From the NCBI GenBank assembly GCA_050014835.1, contig JBEKCO010000010.1, forward strand, positions 2,927 through 66,926: 64,000 bases of DNA, written 5' to 3'. The stretch is from Acidimicrobiales bacterium (GTDB taxonomy: Bacteria; Actinomycetota; Acidimicrobiia; Acidimicrobiales; Bog-793). Position numbers and translations under genes: made by a program. Numbering within the stretch: position 1 is the stretch's first letter; each line of letters begins with the position of its first letter. Below the pieces are notes generated by a model that saw only the letters and a program-made list of their open reading frames with translations, was not told the DNA's origin and did no database searches. Shown here piece after piece: positions 1-10,890 of the stretch.

Positions 1-1366
1 TCGACCGGCGCAACGACTGCTCCAACGAGGTGAGGCCGTGGTCGTGGACCGCCCGCCACATGAAACCGATGACGACCGCGACGGCGGCCGTCATTCCGCC
101 GAACGCCAGCCGCACGCCTCGTTCACCGAAGCGCTTCACGACGATGTCGCACCCGAGACCGGCGAGCACGGCGATCGGGAAGCCCAAGACGATGAGGATG
201 CGGTGGATCGGTAGCGACTCGAGGCCGAGGCGGTTGACGAGGTGCTCGACCCAGGTCCCGCCGACCGCGTAGGCGACGAGCACGCAACCCAGCGCTCCGA
301 GCGTCATCCCGACGACGGCGGGACGCCTCCAGGCGATGAGGATCGCGACACCGGCGAGCACCAGCGCGATCACGCCGACGTAGGCCGAGGACTCGACGTA
401 GTTGGCCGGTCCGAACCACGTGCTGCCGAGCGTCGGCAGGCCGTAGAAACCCTGGGTGAAGACCTCGGCGATCGCCCGCAGCCCGAACTGCCCGTCGAGG
501 TCCTTGTCGAGGCGCGCCGAGTGGGCGAGCAGCGCGACGCCGGGGAGCCACAGCGGGGCGGAGAGCGCGATCCCGCCGGCGAAGCCGGCGCCCACGCGAG
601 CGAGTCCTCTCGTCGCGAGCCGACGCTTCTTGGCGAGGATGACGAGCGCCGCGACGCCGAGGATGCCCAGCAGGGTGACGCCCATGAAGACGTACTCCTC
701 GGGGAACCCGCCGTAGACGGCGAAGGCGACCGACCCGGCGAGCAGCCAGAGGTCGCGCACCCGGCGCCGGGAGCGGTAGGCGAGGACGACGCCGGCGACG
801 ATGAAGCCCGACCAGGCGACCGGTCCCCCGACCGCCCAGCCGAGGAACCCGGTGAAGCTCCCGGACAGCATGAACGTGACGCCCCCGAGCGTGGCGCCGA
901 CCGGCCCGGCCCGCAGCACCCGGCAGCACACGTAGGTGCCGATCCCGGCGATGAGCAGCTTGCCGAGCACGGTGATGAGGAACGACGCCGACAGCGGGAA
1001 GAGGTAGCCGACGAGCGACGGGAGCGCGAGGGGCGCTGATTCGAAGTTGAAAAGCTGTGGCAGCCCCGTGCCCGCGTAGCTGTCCCACAGCGGCAGCGAA
1101 CCGTGGTGGACGATCTGCCAGTCGAGCGTGTTCCACGGCACGTCCTGGTCGATGACGTCGCCGATCAGGTGGTTGTGGATCGGCGTCGTGACGATGTCCC
1201 GCGTGAGGTACGAGGCCGAGGCGCCGAGCTGGCCCGGCCCGAAGCTGAAGCCGTCCTTCAGCGCCGGCGACAGGTACAAGAGCGCGACGAGAACGACGAC
1301 GGCGACCCCGATGGCGTCGGCGATCCCGCGGTGGCGGTGGACGGCCGCGACGAGCCGGGCGGTCAC
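1..1366 (-). CDS. polytopic membrane protein, YfhO-like (GT-C-type glycosyltransferase candidate); 3' end cut by window edge
   Basis: Absent from the ORF track because it runs off the window. The reverse frame opens at GTG (1366-1364) and reads VTARLVAAVHRHRGIADAIGVAVVVLVALLYLSPALKDG...QIVHHGSLPLWDSYAGTGLPQLFNFESAPLALPSLVGYLFP... It has many hydrophobic segments and G/C-ending codons. Its N-terminal region is colinear with the 876-aa protein at 60373-63003. Confidence 0.7.
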   Translation of the reverse strand, partial: MTARLVAAVHRHRGIADAIGVAVVVLVALLYLSPALKDGFSFGPGQLGASASYLTRDIVTTPIHNHLIGDVIDQDVPWNTLDWQIVHHGSLPLWDSYAGTGLPQLFNFESAPLALPSLVGYLFPLSASFLITVLGKLLIAGIGTYVCCRVLRAGPVGATLGGVTFMLSGSFTGFLGWAVGGPVAWSGFIVAGVVLAYRSRRRVRDLWLLAGSVAFAVYGGFPEEYVFMGVTLLGILGVAALVILAKKRRLATRGLARVGAGFAGGIALSAPLWLPGVALLAHSARLDKDLDGQFGLRAIAEVFTQGFYGLPTLGSTWFGPANYVESSAYVGVIALVLAGVAILIAWRRPAVVGMTLGALGCVLVAYAVGGTWVEHLVNRLGLESLPIHRILIVLGFPIAVLAGLGCDIVVKRFGERGVRLAFGGMTAAVAVVIGFMWRAVHDHGLTSLEQSLRRS

Positions 1367-1382
1367 GTGCGGCGCGCCCCCA

Positions 1383-2549
1383 TCACGCCTCCCGCCCGCT
1401 CCCGCTCGTTCCCCCCGGGCGCCGGATCCGTCTCCTCGGGCTCGGCGCCACGAGCATCGTCGCCTTGTGGAACTCGCGGACCGTCCCGTACCCCGACATC
1501 GCCATGGACGCGCGCAGCGCCCCGAAGAGGTTGCACCGGCCGTCGGCGTCGTGGGAGGGGCCGGTGAGGATCTCCTCGAGCGTGCCGAGGACCGGCGTGC
1601 GGTCGACCGCGCCCCGCGGCAACGTCGCGTGGCCGGCCGCCGGCGCGAACCAGACGCCGCGACCCGGCATCTCCGCCGCCGCGGCCAACGGCGTCGAGAG
1701 CATCACGGCGTCGGCGCCGCAGGCGATCGCCGCGGCGACGTCGCCGCCCGTGGCGATCGGGCCCTCGGCGACGACGTGCACGTAGACGCCCGTCTCCTCG
1801 AGATGGCGGCTGCGCGCCCCCGCGGCGTCGGCGATCGCCGTCGCCATCGGCGCGGCGACACCGAGCACGCGCCGTGCCGAACCCGCCGACTCCCCCGGGC
1901 CGAGACCGACGAGCACGCCGACGGCGCCCGTCCGCATGAGGTGGAGCGCCCCCTGGTACGACGCGCACCAGCCCACAATCACCGGCAGGTCGAGGGCGCG
2001 GATGAACCGCTCGAGGTCGAGGCCGACCGCGGAGCGCGAGACGTGCTCCGCCGAGATCGCCGTGCCGGCGATGACGAGGACGTCGAGGCCGGCCCCGGCG
2101 GCGACCGGGACGAGCGCCGCGGCCCGCTGGGGCGTCACGGCCCCGCAGGCGACCGCGCCGGCGTCGGCGATCGCCTGCACCCGCGCCGCGACGAGCTCAG
2201 CCTTCACCGGCTCGGCGTAGATCTCCTGCAGGCGCCGGGTGACCCGGTCCGCGCTCAGCAGGGCGACCTCCTCGAGGAGCGGGGCCGGGTCGGCATACCT
2301 CGTCCACAGCCCTTCGAGATCGAGAACGGCGAGGCCGCCAGCCGAGTCGATCAGCCGGGCCGAGTCGGGGCCGACGATGCCGTCCCGGGGCGCGGCCATG
2401 AAGGGCAGCGCGAACAGGTAGGCGTCGAGCTGCCAGGAGACGTCGACGTCACGCGGGTCACGGGTCCGGCGCGACGGGATGACCGCCACCTCGTCGAGCC
2501 GGTAGCCGCGACGGCCGACCTTGCCCATCCCGATCTCGGCGTCCGCCAC
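1383..2549 (-). CDS. guaB3: GuaB3-family IMP dehydrogenase-related protein
   Basis: 388-aa ORF with a TIM-barrel IMPDH-like sequence (MGKVGRRGYRLDEVAVIPSRRTRDP...VIAGTAISAEH...GLGPGES...). GTG start preceded by GAGGAGAGG. Lies downstream of groEL, as in mycobacteria. Confidence 0.85.
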   Translation of the reverse strand: MADAEIGMGKVGRRGYRLDEVAVIPSRRTRDPRDVDVSWQLDAYLFALPFMAAPRDGIVGPDSARLIDSAGGLAVLDLEGLWTRYADPAPLLEEVALLSADRVTRRLQEIYAEPVKAELVAARVQAIADAGAVACGAVTPQRAAALVPVAAGAGLDVLVIAGTAISAEHVSRSAVGLDLERFIRALDLPVIVGWCASYQGALHLMRTGAVGVLVGLGPGESAGSARRVLGVAAPMATAIADAAGARSRHLEETGVYVHVVAEGPIATGGDVAAAIACGADAVMLSTPLAAAAEMPGRGVWFAPAAGHATLPRGAVDRTPVLGTLEEILTGPSHDADGRCNLFGALRASMAMSGYGTVREFHKATMLVAPSPRRRIRRPGGTSGSGREA

Positions 2550-2627
2550 GTGTGAAACCTCTCCTCACCCGAAAACCGCGTCCCGGAACCAGCGGACGAC
2601 CCCTGTGGACAGTAGTCGAGCCCCGAA

Positions 2628-3299
2628 CTAAGTCTCGGCGACGACCGCGGCGAGCAGATCCCAGACGATCCGGGCGGTCAAGCCCCAGATGAGGTCGTCG
2701 GCCAGTTCCGGCGTCCCGGCGAAAAAGCAGACGCCGGCGTCGCGTCCGGGGGCGTCCCAGCGTTCCTGCCAAGAGATGCCATCCGCGGCCAGTGACGCCA
2801 GTGGCACCTCGAGGATCGCCGCCACCTCGTGCCCGTCGGCCACGTAGTCGGGGTGCCCCGTGACGACCCCGACAAACGGGACGACCCGCTCATGCCCCCG
2901 GACGCGTTCGACGACGGCGAAGGAGCCGATCACCTCGACGAGACCCGGATCGAGCCCGATCTCCTCCTGCGACTCGCGCAGCGCCGCGGCCAGCGGCTCC
3001 TCGCCGGGCTCGAGGTGCCCTCCGGGGAAGGCGAGGTTGCCCGCATCGCGCTCGAGCGCCGCCGAGCGGCGGATGAGGACGAGCGCCGCCTCGCCCCCGC
3101 GCACGACGACCGGGACGAGCACCGCCGAGTGGACGGGCGGCGAAGGCGCCGGCGTCGTCGCCAGATGCGCGAGCCCGCGTCGCAACCGTTCGACCGGGAT
3201 CGAGGACCGGCGCGCCGCCGGGAGTGTCGTCCACGGCGCGGGATCGCCGCGACACGCGTCATTCGGGCGGGGGACGATCTGGCGGTACGTCTCCGGCAC
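2628..3299 (-). CDS. NUDIX hydrolase (CoA-pyrophosphatase-like)
   Basis: 223-aa ORF with a Nudix box, GGHLEPGEEPLAAALRESQEEIG. The exact start is uncertain. Confidence 0.8.
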   Translation of the reverse strand: MPETYRQIVPRPNDACRGDPAPWTTLPAARRSSIPVERLRRGLAHLATTPAPSPPVHSAVLVPVVVRGGEAALVLIRRSAALERDAGNLAFPGGHLEPGEEPLAAALRESQEEIGLDPGLVEVIGSFAVVERVRGHERVVPFVGVVTGHPDYVADGHEVAAILEVPLASLAADGISWQERWDAPGRDAGVCFFAGTPELADDLIWGLTARIVWDLLAAVVAET

Positions 3300-3375
3300 G
3301 CGCGGAGCGTACCTGACCCCACGGCGTGCGCCGGATGAGACCGGCGTCCGCCGCGGGGTGCGGGTCGCTGCGGTG

Positions 3376-5297
<1,922 letters not shown>

Positions 5298-5320
5298 TTC
5301 CGCGGCCTCCTGTGGCTCCG

Positions 5321-5347
5321 TTGGCACTCTCTGGTTTCGAGTGCCAA
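5321..5347 (-). promoter_or_regulatory. CIRCE-type inverted repeat (HrcA operator) upstream of groES
   Basis: TTGGCACTC-N9-GAGTGCCAA is a perfect 9-bp inverted repeat with a 9-nt spacer, 24 nt upstream of the groES ATG. The CIRCE consensus is TTAGCACTC-N9-GAGTGCTAA. Confidence 0.8.
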
Positions 5348-5425
5348 CGATACCGGGGCGCCCGCGCCCTGGCAAACGGGTGGGCCGAGTGCTGACGACC
5401 TGGTCGGCCGGTCGCCCCGTCCCGG

Positions 5426-6160
5426 TCAGTCGAAGACCACGTGCCCCCAGGCCGCGACGGGTCCGGGATCCCCCTCGACGGTCACCGCCGACGGGTCGCG
5501 CGGGGTCCGGTGGAGGAGCCAGAGGTAGAGGTCCGAGGCCGCGGCCGTGACCGTCGCCCGCGCCAGGTGCGGCGCGTCGGCGGTGAGCCGGTCCGGCGCC
5601 ATGTCGAGGTGCCAGCTGGCGCCGACGTCGTCGGCGACGAGCGAGAGCGCCCCTTCGAGCCCGTCGATCGGGTGGAGGGCGATGTAGCGGGCCACGAACC
5701 CGAGGTACTCATCGACGCCGTCGACGGCGAGCGCGGCGTCGATCGCCGACGGGGTGCCCGCGGCGGCCTCGGCGTCCCAGCGGTGCACCGACGTCTCCTG
5801 GGCCATACGCCGGAACCAGAACGCGGCGGGGGCCGGTGCGTCGGCGAACCAGTTCCAGACGGGCGCGGCGGGGTCCGCCGAGTCCAATGCCGCGACGAGC
5901 GCGGCGAGCCCGGCGTCGTAGGCGGCGGCGAGATCGGCGAAACCGACGTCGGGGGCGGCCTCGGTGCGCGCAACACGGGCGGTCGCCTTGGTCCGCAGGA
6001 TCTCGGCCACCCAGCGGTGGATGGCCTCGATGTGCGCGAGCAGCTGCCGCATGTCCCATTCCGGGCAGCTCGGGACGGGCACGCTCGGCGCGGCGCGCGC
6101 CGCCGTGACGAGGCGGCCGCCTTCCAGACGGAGCTGGTCGAGGTACTCGTCGGTGTCCAT
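5426..6160 (-). CDS. DinB-like / maleylpyruvate isomerase family mycothiol-dependent enzyme
   Basis: 244 aa. The N-terminal DinB-type region ([16 protein letters not shown]...[19 protein letters not shown]) and the C-terminal half resemble the TIGR03083 actinobacterial family. Confidence 0.65.
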   Translation of the reverse strand: MDTDEYLDQLRLEGGRLVTAARAAPSVPVPSCPEWDMRQLLAHIEAIHRWVAEILRTKATARVARTEAAPDVGFADLAAAYDAGLAALVAALDSADPAAPVWNWFADAPAPAAFWFRRMAQETSVHRWDAEAAAGTPSAIDAALAVDGVDEYLGFVARYIALHPIDGLEGALSLVADDVGASWHLDMAPDRLTADAPHLARATVTAAASDLYLWLLHRTPRDPSAVTVEGDPGPVAAWGHVVFD

Positions 6161-6163
6161 AAT

Positions 6164-7243
6164 CTAGATCTTCTCCGCGGTCCCGCGGCCCGACAACTCG
6201 ACTCGGGCGCGCGGCGAGCGCTCCGTCGCCCCGCGACGGTGGCCTGGGAACGCCCACCCCGGCTCGGCGCCCGAGTCGAGCGGCGTCGGGCCGCAAGCGG
6301 CGAGGTTGAAGTGCGCCGCGGCGGCGATCATCGCCGCGTTGTCGGTGCACATCGCCCGGCTCGGCAGGTAGACGCCGAGCCCCGCTGAGGCCGCCGCGGC
6401 CCGGAACGCGGCGCGCAGCGGGCCGTTGGCGGCGACGCCCCCGGCGAGGCAGACCGAACGGGCCCCGAGGCTCTCTGCGGCGCGCATCGCCTTCGTGACG
6501 AGGATCTCGACGACGGCCGCCTGGAACGACGCCGCGACGTCGGGGCCGGGGACGTCGGGGTGGGCCCGCACGTAGTGGACGACGGCGGTCTTCAGCCCCG
6601 AGAACGAAAGGTCCAGTCCCTCGCGCAGCATCGGCCGCGGAAAAGCGATCGCCGCCGGATCGCCCCCGGCCGCGGCCCTCTCGATCGCCGGGCCGCCCGG
6701 GTAGGAGAGCCCGAGGAAGCGCGCCACCTTGTCGAACGCCTCGCCGGCGGCGTCGTCGACCGTCTCGCCCAGCACCTCGTAGGCGCGCGGTCCGGTCATC
6801 TTCACGATCAGGCTGTGCCCGCCCGACACAAGGACAACGACGGCCGGCAGCTCGATCGCCGGGTCTTCGAGCAGCGAGGCGTAAAGGTGCCCCTCGAGGT
6901 GGTTCACGCCGACGTAGGGAACGCCCCACGCCATCGCGAGCGCCTTGGCGAAGGAGACCCCGACGAGGAGCGCGCCGATGAGCCCGGGGCCCGCCGTCGC
7001 CGCGACGGCCGCGACCGGCGGCGGCCCGGCCCGCAGCCCCGCCCCTTCGAGCGCCTCGGTGACGACCGGGACGATGCGCTCGAGGTGCGCCCGACCCGCG
7101 AGTTCCGGCACGACGCCGCCGAAATGGGCGTGCAGGTCGACCTGGCTCGACACGACCGAGGAGAGGATCTCGCGACCGTCGGCCACGACGGCGGCCGCCG
7201 TCTCGTCGCACGACGTCTCCACGGCAAGGACGAGTTCGCTCAT
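6164..7243 (-). CDS. tsaD: tRNA N6-adenosine threonylcarbamoyltransferase TsaD
   Basis: 359 aa: MSELVLAVETSCDETAAAVV...GVNHLEGHLYA...VSGGHS... Its ATG overlaps the rimI stop (ATGA). Confidence 0.93.
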   Translation of the reverse strand: MSELVLAVETSCDETAAAVVADGREILSSVVSSQVDLHAHFGGVVPELAGRAHLERIVPVVTEALEGAGLRAGPPPVAAVAATAGPGLIGALLVGVSFAKALAMAWGVPYVGVNHLEGHLYASLLEDPAIELPAVVVLVSGGHSLIVKMTGPRAYEVLGETVDDAAGEAFDKVARFLGLSYPGGPAIERAAAGGDPAAIAFPRPMLREGLDLSFSGLKTAVVHYVRAHPDVPGPDVAASFQAAVVEILVTKAMRAAESLGARSVCLAGGVAANGPLRAAFRAAAASAGLGVYLPSRAMCTDNAAMIAAAAHFNLAACGPTPLDSGAEPGWAFPGHRRGATERSPRARVELSGRGTAEKI

Positions 7244-7827
7244 CGGCCCTCGCGCACCTCGGCCGTCGGCCTGGCGAGCTCAGTGCCGATCGAGGAGAGA
7301 CGCGCCCCATAGCCGTCGGAGTCGACGTCGTGGACCCACATGACGAGGCCGTCCTCGTGCGACCTCGCGTAGTAGTTCTTGCGGATCCCGACCGGGGCGA
7401 AGCCGAACCACGTGTAGAGCCGCTGCGCCGCGACGTTGGAGACCCGGACCTCCAGGGTGAGCGCCGACGCCCCGGCGGCACGCGCCTCGGTGACGAGGCG
7501 CCAGAGCAGGCGAGCGCCGACCCGGCGACCCTGCCACGCCGTGTCGACGCCGAGCGTCGTCACGTGGCCCTCGCCGGCGATGAGCATGCACCCGGCGTAC
7601 CCGACGACCTCGCCGTTCGCGGTCGCGACCCAGTACTGGCGGGTCGTGCGCAACGCGAGCTCGGAGAGGTACAGCGCCGCCGACCACGGCTCGGGGAAGA
7701 TCTCCCGCTCGATCGCGACGACCGAGGCGACGTCGCGCCGGTGAATCGGCGCGACGTCGACGGCATCCGCGTCCCGCGGCGGTGCCGGCTTCGTTCCCGG
7801 ATCGTGCCTCCTGATGAGCCGCGTCAC
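7240..7827 (-). CDS. rimI: ribosomal-protein-alanine N-acetyltransferase RimI (GNAT)
   Basis: GNAT motifs (QGRRVGARLLWRLVTEARAAGASALTLEVRVSNVAAQRLYTWFGF). The chosen start is GTG at 7827, which overlaps the tsaB stop (GTGA). The longest-ORF start at 7896 would overlap tsaB by 73 nt. Confidence 0.8.
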   Translation of the reverse strand: MTRLIRRHDPGTKPAPPRDADAVDVAPIHRRDVASVVAIEREIFPEPWSAALYLSELALRTTRQYWVATANGEVVGYAGCMLIAGEGHVTTLGVDTAWQGRRVGARLLWRLVTEARAAGASALTLEVRVSNVAAQRLYTWFGFAPVGIRKNYYARSHEDGLVMWVHDVDSDGYGARLSSIGTELARPTAEVREGR

Positions 7828-8528
7828 GGCCGGTCCTGCCCGGGCGGTTCGCGGGTTGCGAAGTTCGCGCGTGCGTCGGCGGCGCGCAGGTAACACGGTT
7901 CGACGGACACGGCATCCGTCGTCGCGCCCAGCGCGGCGCGTTCGATCCCGATCGCCCCGAGCACGCCGACCGACGGTGCCGCGAGGTCGTCACCACCGAA
8001 GCGGCACGCGACGCCGTCGAGGTCGACGAGCGCCGCCGCGAGATCCCGCGCCGCGTCCCCGACGAAGAACACCTCGCCCGAGAGCTCACAAAGCCGCGCC
8101 CGCAGCCGCGACACCGGGCCGATCTCCGGACCGCCCCCGGGGAACTCCCAGGCGACCTCGCCGCGACGCATGTCGACGACCGGCACGACGACCCCGGGCG
8201 GGCGGACCGGGTCGGCGGAGGCGCCCCGCCGGAGCACCTCGGTGCTCCGCACCGCGACGAGCGGCACGCCGAGCGCGAAGCCGAAGGCCTTCGCCGCGGC
8301 GATGCCGACGCGCAGCCCGGTGAACAGTCCGGGCCCGACGTCGACGGCGACGGCGCCGACTTGGCCGAGGCCGATCCCGGCCGCGGCGACCACCGATTCG
8401 ACCGCGGGGTGCAGCGTCTCGACGTGGAGACGCCGGCACGGGTGACGCGACTCGGCGAGCAGTCCGTCCGAGCCGACGAGCGCGGCTCCGACTTCGATCG
8501 TCGCGGTCTCGAGCGCGAGGACGATCAC
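7824..8528 (-). CDS. tsaB: tRNA threonylcarbamoyladenosine biosynthesis protein TsaB
   Basis: 234 aa: MIVLALETATIEVGAALVGSDG...AVAVDVGPGLFTGLRVGIAAAKAF. Its GTG overlaps the tsaE stop (GTGA). Confidence 0.85.
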   Translation of the reverse strand: MIVLALETATIEVGAALVGSDGLLAESRHPCRRLHVETLHPAVESVVAAAGIGLGQVGAVAVDVGPGLFTGLRVGIAAAKAFGFALGVPLVAVRSTEVLRRGASADPVRPPGVVVPVVDMRRGEVAWEFPGGGPEIGPVSRLRARLCELSGEVFFVGDAARDLAAALVDLDGVACRFGGDDLAAPSVGVLGAIGIERAALGATTDAVSVEPCYLRAADARANFATREPPGQDRP

Positions 8529-9094
8529 TGCGGCCCTCGACCAGGGTCATCGCCGCGCACGTCGACGGCGAGGCCCGCGTGCTCGAGCGCCGCGGCCAGG
8601 GCGCCGCCGCGGCCGGCCCACGCGACCCCACGCCCCCGGAGCGTGATCTGGCGCCGGTCGGCGTCGCTCGCTCCGGCGAACGCCGCGGACGTCGGGGGCT
8701 CCGCCACGATCTCGCACTCGAGCGCGTCCGCGGCGAGCAGTCCCCGGATCCGCTCACCCCATTCGACGACGACGACGCAACCGTCGTCGAGCGCGTCGTC
8801 GAGCGCGAGATCGGCGAGATCGTCGGTCGGCGCCACCCGGTAACAGTCGACGTGGGCCACCGGCGGCACGGTCGGGTAGAGATGGCACAGCGTGAACGTC
8901 GGACTCCTCGTCGACTCGCCGCCCCCGAGCGCGGCGACGAGTCCCTTCGTAAGGACCGTCTTGCCGGCACCGAGCTCGCCGGTGAGCAGGACGACGTCGC
9001 CCGGCGTGACGACCGCGGCGATCGCCGCGCCGACCGTCCGGGTCTCGTCGGCCGACCGCGTGACGACCTCGAGCGCCTCGCCGGTGACGCTCAC
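8525..9094 (-). CDS. tsaE: tRNA t6A ATPase TsaE, with a C-terminal extension
   Basis: The GTG at 9094 (overlapping the UDG stop, GTGA) gives VSVTGEALEVVTRSADETRTVGAAIAAVVTPGDVVLLTGELGAGKTVLTKG... with a Walker A motif. 189 aa, which appears longer than most TsaE proteins I recall. Confidence 0.8.
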   Translation of the reverse strand: MSVTGEALEVVTRSADETRTVGAAIAAVVTPGDVVLLTGELGAGKTVLTKGLVAALGGGESTRSPTFTLCHLYPTVPPVAHVDCYRVAPTDDLADLALDDALDDGCVVVVEWGERIRGLLAADALECEIVAEPPTSAAFAGASDADRRQITLRGRGVAWAGRGGALAAALEHAGLAVDVRGDDPGRGPQ

Positions 9095-9657
9095 CGTTCG
9101 TCGGTGCCGACGAGCTGCCGCTTCGCGCGCACGAAGTCCGCCCGCATCTGGGCGAGCACGAGACCCCCGCCGCGCAGGGCCGCCGCGGGATGGAACGTCG
9201 GAACGAGCACGCCCGTCGCGAAGGGGTAGACCCTCCCCCGCAGGCGGGTCACGCCCTCCGCGCTGCCGAGCAGCGCGTGCGCCGCGAAGTTGCCGAGGGT
9301 GACGACGACCGCCGGCGCGACGAGGTCGACCTGTCCGGCAAGGAAGTGCCGGCACGCCGCGACCTCGTCGGGCAACGGGTCGCGGTTGTTCGGCGGCCGG
9401 CACTTCACGACGTTCGCGATGTAGCAGTCGCCCCGCGCCAGCCCGATCTCCTCAGCGATGAGCCGGTCGAGCAGGCGCCCCGACCGCCCGACGAAGGGCT
9501 CACCGGCGAGATCCTCGTCCCGTCCCGGTCCTTCGCCGACGAACATGAGGCGCGCCCCCGGATCGCCGGCTGAGAACACGACCGTCGTCCGCGAGCCCGC
9601 GAGCGGACAGGCGACACAGCAAAGGGCTTCACGCTCGAGCTCCGCGAGCGTCACCAC
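9091..9657 (-). CDS. uracil-DNA glycosylase, family 4 (Fe-S type)
   Basis: 188 aa: CCVACPLAGSRTTVVFSAGDPGARLMFVGEGPGRDEDLAGEPFVGRSGRLLD...NVVKCRPPNNRDP...FHPAA. Confidence 0.85.
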   Translation of the reverse strand: MVTLAELEREALCCVACPLAGSRTTVVFSAGDPGARLMFVGEGPGRDEDLAGEPFVGRSGRLLDRLIAEEIGLARGDCYIANVVKCRPPNNRDPLPDEVAACRHFLAGQVDLVAPAVVVTLGNFAAHALLGSAEGVTRLRGRVYPFATGVLVPTFHPAAALRGGGLVLAQMRADFVRAKRQLVGTDER

Positions 9658-9747
9658 GTCGGCATGTTACCGCCGCGGGGCTTGCCGCAAGGCCGGGCGG
9701 CCGAGGGCGGAACGAGGCGTCCGCCGGGCGATTCCGTCACCGTCGCC

Positions 9748-10890
9748 CTAGACCACGCGGCGCGGCACCCGCGGGCCGATCCCGCAGAGGATCTCGTAGA
9801 CGATCGTGCCCAGCCGCTCGGCCCACTCGTCGGCGGTGATCTCCGCGCTGCCCTGGCGGCCGATGAGGACGACCTCGTCGCCGGCGCGCACGTCGTCGGT
9901 CCCGCAGTCGACGAGAAGCTGGTCCATCGTCACCGTGCCGGCGATCCGCCGGCGGCGGCCCCCGATGAGTACCTCTCCGCCGGCCGATCCCAGCGCCCGG
10001 CGCAACCCGTCGGCGTAGCCGAGGGGCACGGTCGCGACGAGCGCGTCCCCGCCGAGCTCGTAGTTCCGCCCGTAGCTCGTCCGCTCCCCGGCCGCGAGCC
10101 GGCGCACCCGGTGGACCCGGGCCTTCAGGCAGAGCGCCGGGCGGAGGGCCTCGCCAGGCCCGAGGAGCCCGGAAAGGACGCGCCCGACCTGCGCCGAGGG
10201 CGCGTACCCGTAGCAGGCGATGCCGCAGCGGACGAGGTCGTACCGGCTGCGCGGGTGCGCGATCGCGCCGGCGGAGTTGGCGGTGTGCAGCATCGCCGGG
10301 CTGCCGCCCGCCGCCCGCACCGCTTCGACGGCGGCATCGAACCGGTCGATCTGCGTCGCAGTGAACGCGTCGTCGAGGTCGTCGGCGACCGCGAAGTGCG
10401 TCCAGAGCCCCCCCAGGGTGAGCGCGTCCGACCCGGCGACGAGGTCGGCGAGCGCCGGCACCTCGGCGGCGTCGGCCCCGACCCGGTGCATGCCGGTGTC
10501 GACTTTCAGGTGGACGGCGACCGGCCGTCCGAGTCGCGCCGCCGCCCCGGCGGCGAGGGCGATGCCCGGCTCGCTGTAGACCGTCGGCGTCCCGCCGATC
10601 GCGCAGAACTCGCCGATCCCGCCGGGAGGCGCCTCGGTGAGCAGCAGCACCGGGGCGTCGATCCCGGCCTCGCGCAGCGTGACCGCCTCCTCGACGAGGG
10701 CGACCGCGAGCATCGCGGCGCCGCCGGCGAGCGCGGCCCGGGAGACCGCGACGCTCCCGTGGCCGTAGCCGTCGGCCTTCACGACGGCACAGAGCCGCGA
10801 CGGCGCGACGACCCGGCAGAGCAGGGCGACGTTCGAGGTGACAGCCGAGGCGTCGATCTCCGCCCACGCCGGGCGGTAGGACTCCGTCAC
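9748..10890 (-). CDS. alr: alanine racemase
   Basis: The GTG at 10890 (GTGA overlap with the nnr stop) gives VTESYRPAWAEIDASAVTSNVALLCRVVAPSRLCAVVKADGYGHG... (380 aa). The upstream 260 codons of ORF 9748..11670 are Arg-rich off-frame noise over nnr. Confidence 0.9.
   Translation of the reverse strand: MTESYRPAWAEIDASAVTSNVALLCRVVAPSRLCAVVKADGYGHGSVAVSRAALAGGAAMLAVALVEEAVTLREAGIDAPVLLLTEAPPGGIGEFCAIGGTPTVYSEPGIALAAGAAARLGRPVAVHLKVDTGMHRVGADAAEVPALADLVAGSDALTLGGLWTHFAVADDLDDAFTATQIDRFDAAVEAVRAAGGSPAMLHTANSAGAIAHPRSRYDLVRCGIACYGYAPSAQVGRVLSGLLGPGEALRPALCLKARVHRVRRLAAGERTSYGRNYELGGDALVATVPLGYADGLRRALGSAGGEVLIGGRRRRIAGTVTMDQLLVDCGTDDVRAGDEVVLIGRQGSAEITADEWAERLGTIVYEILCGIGPRVPRRVV

Noticed and set aside
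5709-7481. 590-aa minus-strand ORF overlapping the DinB-like gene, tsaD and rimI
   Set aside because: It is out of frame relative to three recognisable genes on the same strand. Roughly a third or more of its residues are Arg, Gly or Pro. It is not coding.
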